Below, in pieces: positions 58,672 through 64,000 of a DNA stretch of 64,000 nucleotides; the stretch's first letter is position 1; every line of letters begins with the position of its first letter. Source of the DNA: an uncultured Planctomycetota bacterium (GTDB taxonomy: Bacteria; Planctomycetota; PLA2; JAEUHO01); contig CAVVXN010000005.1 of the NCBI GenBank assembly GCA_963752285.1, positions 2,240,001 through 2,304,000 of the forward strand. Direction: 5' to 3'. Below the pieces are notes generated by a model, which saw nothing but the letters and a program-made list of their open reading frames with translations, was not told the DNA's origin and did no database searches. Made by a program: the position numbers and the translations under genes.

Positions 58672-59178
58672 GGGCGCTCCCGATCCTCGCCGGGCCGTCG
58701 GGCCTGGCCAACGGCGCGTGGGTCGGAAGACGCCTTCGGGGAGCGAGGGAGGCGCCGCGCCTCCAGGGCGGAGCGGCTTGTTCGCGGGCCCCTCCGAGAC
58801 GGCGCCGCCGTGAAGGGACCCTTCCGGAAGGTGGAGGGGGAGGGAGGCGCGCCCCGGTCCGGCCCGATCCCGCGCCCGACTCCGAACCCGGGGGCTTCGC
58901 CCGGGCGACCCCGCGCGCGCCCCCGCGCCGAGGGTCTTCCTGCGAGACGACGAAGCCTTCGCGCGGAACCCCGCCGGCCGCCCCGCGCAGGGCCTTCGCT
59001 ACCGGGCCGGTCGCGACCTCGTGGTCGAGAGGGAGACCGCTCCCGTTCGCGGGTCGCGCCGCGTCCCCCTGCCCCGCGTCGGGACGGACCCGCGACGCCT
59101 CGCGACCCGCTCCGCCTCAATCCGGCCCGGGCCGCCGGTCGATCGGGGAGGATGACCCGCGGGAGGTCCGGCTCCGGG

Positions 59179-60228
59179 ATGCCCACGCTCGAACCGCACG
59201 CCCGGTCGGCGGAGCCCGCACGTGGCACCCCGCCGACCGCCACGACCGCCTGGACCCGCGCGGCCCAGGAGACGCTGCCGTCGGCCCGGGACCTGGTCGT
59301 GGTCCGCGCGGGTCCCGACGAGACCCCGGCGTTCGCCGCCTTCGCGCGCCGCCGACGCGCGGGCGTCGTCCGGCTCGAGGCGCCCGGCCACCAGGAGCTC
59401 CAGGAACCGTTCGGCGTCTACGCCGGGGCCCGGGGCGGAGCGCTCGACGACCTCGCGCGCGCGGTCGTGGACCTCGCACGTCCGATTCGCATCGAACGGA
59501 CCTTCGCCGACGCCCCGTTCCTCGACGCGCTCGAACGGGCGCTCGGGCGCGGAGGCCGTCTCTTCCGACGGCCCCGCGGCGGGACCCCGGTGCTGCGGCT
59601 CGACGCGGGCTGGACGGACCCGCGGGCGCACCTCTCCGCCCGGAGGCGGAGCGACCTCCGTCGCGCCGAGCGCCGCGCCGGCGACGTCGAGGCGACGATC
59701 TACGCGCCCGGCCCCGACGAGGTCGGAGCGCGCCTCCGGGAGGCGCTCGACGTCGAGTCGCGCTCGTGGCGCGCCGCCCGCGGCGGCGCCATCGCCGAGG
59801 ACGCGATGCGCGGACCGTTCCTCCGTCGCCTCGCCGAGCTCGCGGCGGCCGAGGGCACCCTCCGCCTCGGGCTCCTGCGGGTGGACGGGAAGCCGGCGGC
59901 CATGTGCTACGCCCTCGTCGTGGGCGGCAGCTTCTGGCTCCTCAAGATCGGCTACGACGAGGCCTTCGCGCGGTGCTCGCCGGGCGTGCTCCTCACGGTC
60001 GCCTCGATCCGGCACGCCGCGGAGGCGGGCCTCGCCACGTACGACTTCCTCGGCGTACGCGAGGATTGGACCGCGCTCTGGACGAGCGAGGACCGCGCCT
60101 GCGTCGCCGTCTTCGCGTACCCCCGCGGCCTCGCGAGCCGCGCGGGCCTCGCGATCGACCTCGCCGCGGCGGCGGCCCGGAAGGCGAGGCTCCGCCTCCG
60201 GCGCCGCCCCGCGGGGATCGCGACGTGA
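59179..60228 (+). CDS. GNAT acetyltransferase, CelD/BcsL-like
   Basis: RSDLRRAERR, VESRSW, LRL..LRVDGKPAA, LKIGYDEAFARCSPG.LL, YDFLG. Start 59179 or 59151. Confidence 0.8.
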   Translation: MPTLEPHARSAEPARGTPPTATTAWTRAAQETLPSARDLVVVRAGPDETPAFAAFARRRRAGVVRLEAPGHQELQEPFGVYAGARGGALDDLARAVVDLARPIRIERTFADAPFLDALERALGRGGRLFRRPRGGTPVLRLDAGWTDPRAHLSARRRSDLRRAERRAGDVEATIYAPGPDEVGARLREALDVESRSWRAARGGAIAEDAMRGPFLRRLAELAAAEGTLRLGLLRVDGKPAAMCYALVVGGSFWLLKIGYDEAFARCSPGVLLTVASIRHAAEAGLATYDFLGVREDWTALWTSEDRACVAVFAYPRGLASRAGLAIDLAAAAARKARLRLRRRPAGIAT

Positions 60229-61055
60229 AGGCGCTGCTCCGCCGCGCGATCGAGCCCCTCGCGGCGCAGGCCGCACGCGCGTACGTCGCGGGCCCCCGGG
60301 CGGGCGACGCGCTCCGCGTGGCGCGACGGCTCTCGGCGTGGCGCCTCGGGGTCACGATCGGCTACTGGAACGCGGCCGGCGAGTCGCCGGAACGCGTCCA
60401 CGCCGCGTCCGCGGAGGGCCTCGAGGCCATGCACCGCGCGGGCCTCCCCGGCTACCTCTCCCTGAAGCACCCGGCCCTCGGACCGGACGAGGGCCTCCTC
60501 CTCGACCTCCTCGACCGCGCCCGTCGGCTCGGTCGGCGCGTCCACTTCGACGCGCTCGGGCCCGAGCACGCGGACCGCACGAACGCGGCGATCGAGGCGG
60601 GCCTCGCGAAGAAGTCGGACCTCGGGACGACGCTCCCGGGCCGATGGACGCGCAGCCCCGGCGACGCCGACTGGGCCGCCCGCCTCGGCCTCGTCGTCCG
60701 GGTCGTCAAGGGCCAGTGGGCCGATCCCGACGCGCCCGACCTCGACCCGCGCGCGGGGTTCCTCGCCGTCGTGGAGCGCCTGGCCGGACGCGCGCGCGAG
60801 GTCGCCGTCGCGAGCCACGACCTGGCGCTCGCCGAACGGTCGATCGAGCGGCTCCGCGCGCGCGGGACGAGGGTCTGCTGGGAGCTCCTCTTCGGTCTGC
60901 CGCTCCGGGGGGCGCGCCGCGCGGCGCGACGTCTGCGCGTGCCCGTGCGCGTGTACGTCCCGTTCGGCGCGTCCTGGCTCCCCTACACGATGGACGTCGT
61001 CCGCGCGCGCCCGACCGTGGTCCCCTGGCTCGTCCTCGACCGTCTCGGTCTCTGA
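60225..61055 (+). CDS. Proline dehydrogenase-like flavoprotein (degenerate substrate site)
   Basis: YVAG, LSLK, VHFDA, VRVVKG, VASHD, ELLFG, VYVPFG. GTGA overlap with the GNAT gene. Confidence 0.8.
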   Translation: MKALLRRAIEPLAAQAARAYVAGPRAGDALRVARRLSAWRLGVTIGYWNAAGESPERVHAASAEGLEAMHRAGLPGYLSLKHPALGPDEGLLLDLLDRARRLGRRVHFDALGPEHADRTNAAIEAGLAKKSDLGTTLPGRWTRSPGDADWAARLGLVVRVVKGQWADPDAPDLDPRAGFLAVVERLAGRAREVAVASHDLALAERSIERLRARGTRVCWELLFGLPLRGARRAARRLRVPVRVYVPFGASWLPYTMDVVRARPTVVPWLVLDRLGL

Positions 61056-61057
61056 GG

Positions 61058-62026
61058 TCAGGCGCGCGACGGCGCGCGGGCGCCGTCCGTGGACGGGTGG
61101 ATCACGCGGCTGTACGGGGACATCCGCGGGTCGAGGACGAACCGGAGGAGGACCGCGGTCCACGAACGGTACGAGGCGAGCGGGTCGTAGAACTCGGACG
61201 CCCGCGCCTTGATCCGGGGCAGGCGGTTCCACGCCACGTTCATGAAGTCGTGGTGCTCGTTGTGGTAGCCGACGTTGAACGCGAGCAGGTTGGCGGCCCC
61301 GTAGTACGAGTAGGTCTCCTGGCCCGGGGTCGTGACGTAGTGCTCCTGGATCCACCGGCCGCCGAGCGGGTGCAGGCCGAGCCCGAAGAGCATCGACACC
61401 ACGACGTAGGCGAGCGCAAAGGGCCCGAAGAAGAACACGAGGACCGCGTCCGTCGTCGCCACGACGGCCGCGTTCGCGAGGGTCCAGCCGTCGATCAGGG
61501 GCACCGACCGGATCTTCCGGGGCCGGAGCGCCTGCGAGATCGAGAAGAAGGTCATCCAGACGGCCTTCCGCCACCAGGCGTGGCCGACCAGGCGCGCCTC
61601 CCAGGCGGGCGCGACGTCGGCGTCCAGCTCGGGCTCGCCCAGGAACCGGTGGTGGAGCAGGTGGTACTTGCGGAACGCGATCGCCCCCGGGAATCCGAGC
61701 GCGACGTCACAGAAGATCCCGATCAGCCGGTTCGCCGTCGCGGAACGCGCGACGAGGTTGTGCGTCGCCTCGTGGATCATGACGTAGAGGGCGTGCGCGA
61801 TCGTCGCTCCGATCACGTACGCGAGGAGCAGGCTCGCCCACCAGGGCCAGGTCGTCTGGAGCGCGGCGAGGGCGATCTGTGCCGCGACGAGCCCCACCAC
61901 CGCGAGGACCGTCCACCGGTTGGGGCCCGCGAGGTCAAGAACCTCCGGGTGGGCCCGGAGGATCTCCTTCCTCCGCACGAAGTGGACCTGCGGTCCGTCG
62001 CCGGGGATGAACGCTTCGGGAGACAT
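61058..62026 (-). CDS. Membrane desaturase, sphingolipid delta-4 desaturase (DEGS1)-like
   Basis: N-terminal H..RRKEIL.AHPEV. His boxes HEATH, HLLHH and HNEHH. QETYSYYG..N...FNVGYHNEHHDF. Confidence 0.9.
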   Translation of the reverse strand: MSPEAFIPGDGPQVHFVRRKEILRAHPEVLDLAGPNRWTVLAVVGLVAAQIALAALQTTWPWWASLLLAYVIGATIAHALYVMIHEATHNLVARSATANRLIGIFCDVALGFPGAIAFRKYHLLHHRFLGEPELDADVAPAWEARLVGHAWWRKAVWMTFFSISQALRPRKIRSVPLIDGWTLANAAVVATTDAVLVFFFGPFALAYVVVSMLFGLGLHPLGGRWIQEHYVTTPGQETYSYYGAANLLAFNVGYHNEHHDFMNVAWNRLPRIKARASEFYDPLASYRSWTAVLLRFVLDPRMSPYSRVIHPSTDGARAPSRA

Positions 62027-62192
62027 CGATCGACCGTTCCGGTACGGAGGCGGATCGTACCGCCCGTGGCGGGCGGGCGATCCCGCGCGGGCGTCCCGAC
62101 CGTGCGTCGTGGGACGAACGGGTACCATGGCCGCCCCGGACGGGAGCAGGCGACGCGGGCGTCCCCGGGACGCGAGGAGAGCGAGGAGCGGG

Positions 62193-62987
62193 ATGACGGA
62201 AGAACCCTTCGCCGAGGAGATCGAGGACGGCGTCGCGACGATCGTCCTCGACCGGCCCGACCGGTTGAACGCGCTCACGTTCGAGGTCTACCGCCGGCTG
62301 ACCGACCGGTTCCGCGAGCTGCGCTTCGACGACGACGTGCGGGCGGTGGTGGTCACGGGCCGGGGCAAGGGGTTCTGCTCGGGCGGAGACGTCGAGGACA
62401 TCATCGGGAGGCTGTTCGAGCAGGACCCGCGCGCGACGCTCGAGTTCGCGCGGATGACGGGGGAGCTCGTCGAGAACGTACGGCGGCTCGACAAGCCCGT
62501 GGTCGCGGCGGTCAACGGCACGGCCGCCGGCGCCGGGTCCGTCCTGGCCCTCGCCTGCGACCTGCGGGTGGTCTCCGAGCGCGCCCGCTTCCACTTCCTC
62601 TTCTCGAAGGTGGGGCTCGCCGGTGCGGACATGGGCGCGGCCTGGCTGCTCCCGCGGATCGTCGGCCTCGGACGCGCCACGGAGTGGCTGTACCTCGGCG
62701 ACGGCGTGGACGCCGCGACGGCCCTCGCGGCCGGGCTCGCGAACCGCGTCGTCGCCCCCGACCAGGTCCTCCCCGCGGCCCTCGAGATCGCGCGGACGCT
62801 CGCGAAGGGCCCGAGCCTCGCGCTCTCGCTCACGAAGCGGGCCCTCCTCGGCGAGCAGTCCATGGACCTCGCGTCGGCCATCGAGCACGAGGCGGTCCTC
62901 CAGGCGTACCTGCTCCGCGCGGAGGACCACCGGCGCTTCTACGACGCGTGGCGCGAAGGGCGGCCGCCGGAGTTCCTCGGGCGGTGA
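62193..62987 (+). CDS. Enoyl-CoA hydratase/isomerase family protein
   Basis: RLNALTFEVY, FCSGGDV, AAGAG, KVGLAGADMGA.WLLPRIVG. Confidence 0.92.
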   Translation: MTEEPFAEEIEDGVATIVLDRPDRLNALTFEVYRRLTDRFRELRFDDDVRAVVVTGRGKGFCSGGDVEDIIGRLFEQDPRATLEFARMTGELVENVRRLDKPVVAAVNGTAAGAGSVLALACDLRVVSERARFHFLFSKVGLAGADMGAAWLLPRIVGLGRATEWLYLGDGVDAATALAAGLANRVVAPDQVLPAALEIARTLAKGPSLALSLTKRALLGEQSMDLASAIEHEAVLQAYLLRAEDHRRFYDAWREGRPPEFLGR

Positions 62988-64000
62988 CGACACACGCCCA
63001 CTACGACCCGGGCGACGCGCGCGCCCGCTACGGCTGGTCCGACGACGACGAGGCCTGGCGGCGGCGGGCCGAGGACTTCGCGGCCGAGCGTCTGGCCCCC
63101 GACGCGACCGCGCGAGACCGCGCCGGCGGGTTCGACCGCGCGCTGGCCCTCGCACTCGGCGAGGCCGGACTGCTCGGCGCCTCCCTTCCTCGCGCGCGCG
63201 GCGGCGGCAGCGCGACGACGGTCGCAGCGTGCCTCGTGGCCGAGGAGCTCGGCGCGGTGGACGGGAGCGCGCGGGGGTTCCTCGCGGTGCAGGTGGACCT
63301 CGTCGCGAGGACGGTCTCCGAGCACGGGACGGACGCGCAGCGCGCCACCTGGCTCCCCGGCCTCCTCGACGGCTCGAAGATCGGCGGCTACGCGCTGACC
63401 GAGCCCGAAGCGGGGAGCGACGTCGGCGCGATCCGCACGAGGGCGACGCCGGACGGCGACGGCGTGGTCATCGACGGCGAGAAGGTATGGATCACGAACG
63501 GCGGCGTCGCGGACGTGCTCCTCGTCTTCGCGAGCGCCGACCCGTCGGCGGGGACCCGCGGTCTCGAGTGCCACCTCGTTCCGGGCGACGCGCCGGGTCT
63601 CTCGCGCGCGCCGGTCGGCGGCGAGGCGGTCGGGCACCGTGCGTCCGACCACGCGCGTCTCGTCTTCGAGGGCGTCCACGTACCGCGCGCGAGCCGCCTC
63701 GGCGCCGCTCGCGGCGGGTTCGCCGTGGCGATGGGCGCGCTCGCGCACGGACGGCTCCACGTGGCGGCGGGCGCGGTGGGCATCCACCGCGCGTGTCTCG
63801 ACGTGGCCGTGGACTTCGCGCGGCGCCGACGGCAGTTCGGCTCCCGGATCGGCGACTTCCAGCAGGTGGGCGCGACGCTCGCCGAGATGGCCACCTCGCT
63901 CGAGGCCTCGCGCGCGCTGGTCCTCTCGGCCGCGCGGCAGGCGGACCTCGGGCTCGAGCACGCCGGCGCGGCGAGCGCGGCGAAGCTCGTGGCGACGGAG
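62984..64000 (+). CDS. Acyl-CoA dehydrogenase (3' partial; not in ORF track)
   Basis: Translated from the GTG at 62984: EELGAVD, YALTEPEAGSD, GEKVWITNG, GRL.VAA, RRQFG.RI.DFQ. Runs off the window end. Confidence 0.92.
   Translation, partial: MTTHAHYDPGDARARYGWSDDDEAWRRRAEDFAAERLAPDATARDRAGGFDRALALALGEAGLLGASLPRARGGGSATTVAACLVAEELGAVDGSARGFLAVQVDLVARTVSEHGTDAQRATWLPGLLDGSKIGGYALTEPEAGSDVGAIRTRATPDGDGVVIDGEKVWITNGGVADVLLVFASADPSAGTRGLECHLVPGDAPGLSRAPVGGEAVGHRASDHARLVFEGVHVPRASRLGAARGGFAVAMGALAHGRLHVAAGAVGIHRACLDVAVDFARRRRQFGSRIGDFQQVGATLAEMATSLEASRALVLSAARQADLGLEHAGAASAAKLVATE

Noticed and set aside
1..64000. Many very long Arg/Pro/Gly/Ala-rich ORFs in the six-frame track (e.g. 6485-10240+, 11510-15790-, 24746-28285+, 43302-48146+)
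   Set aside because: Shadow and antisense frames caused by stop-codon scarcity at very high GC. They overlap genes with clear motifs and show no family signatures.
1..64000. CRISPR arrays, tRNA/rRNA genes, IS elements, integrases, recognisable defence systems
   Set aside because: No regularly spaced repeats, RNA gene signatures or transposase/recombinase motifs were seen by eye. A covariance-model scan would be needed to exclude small RNAs.

Overview
A very GC-rich bacterial chromosomal window of roughly 55 densely packed protein-coding genes. Several exported HEAT-repeat, HEAT+vWA and Cys/Pro-rich proteins suggest a Planctomycetota-like organism (inference only). Recognisable genes include hemF, pyk, nrfA (all-CXXCH type, no nrfH nearby), a 5'-3' exonuclease, M1 and M17 aminopeptidases, a ferredoxin, a split transketolase with an RmlC-like epimerase, xth and a eukaryote-type citrate synthase. 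Also present are an ArsR-methyltransferase (SahR-like) regulator plus metH with a visible operator, a PaaK-like CoA ligase, a leucine-catabolism (liu-like) operon with a split MCC alpha subunit, a Cys-less thiolase/DUF35 pair, a GNAT with a degenerate proline dehydrogenase, a DEGS1-like desaturase and beta-oxidation genes. I saw no rRNA, tRNA, CRISPR array, transposase or integrase. All family assignments come from motif recognition by eye, not database searches. The most novel-looking items are enzymes with altered active sites, the solo nrfA, three eukaryote-like enzymes, a tandem-ExbD exported protein, and a HEAT gene interrupted by one in-frame TGA.
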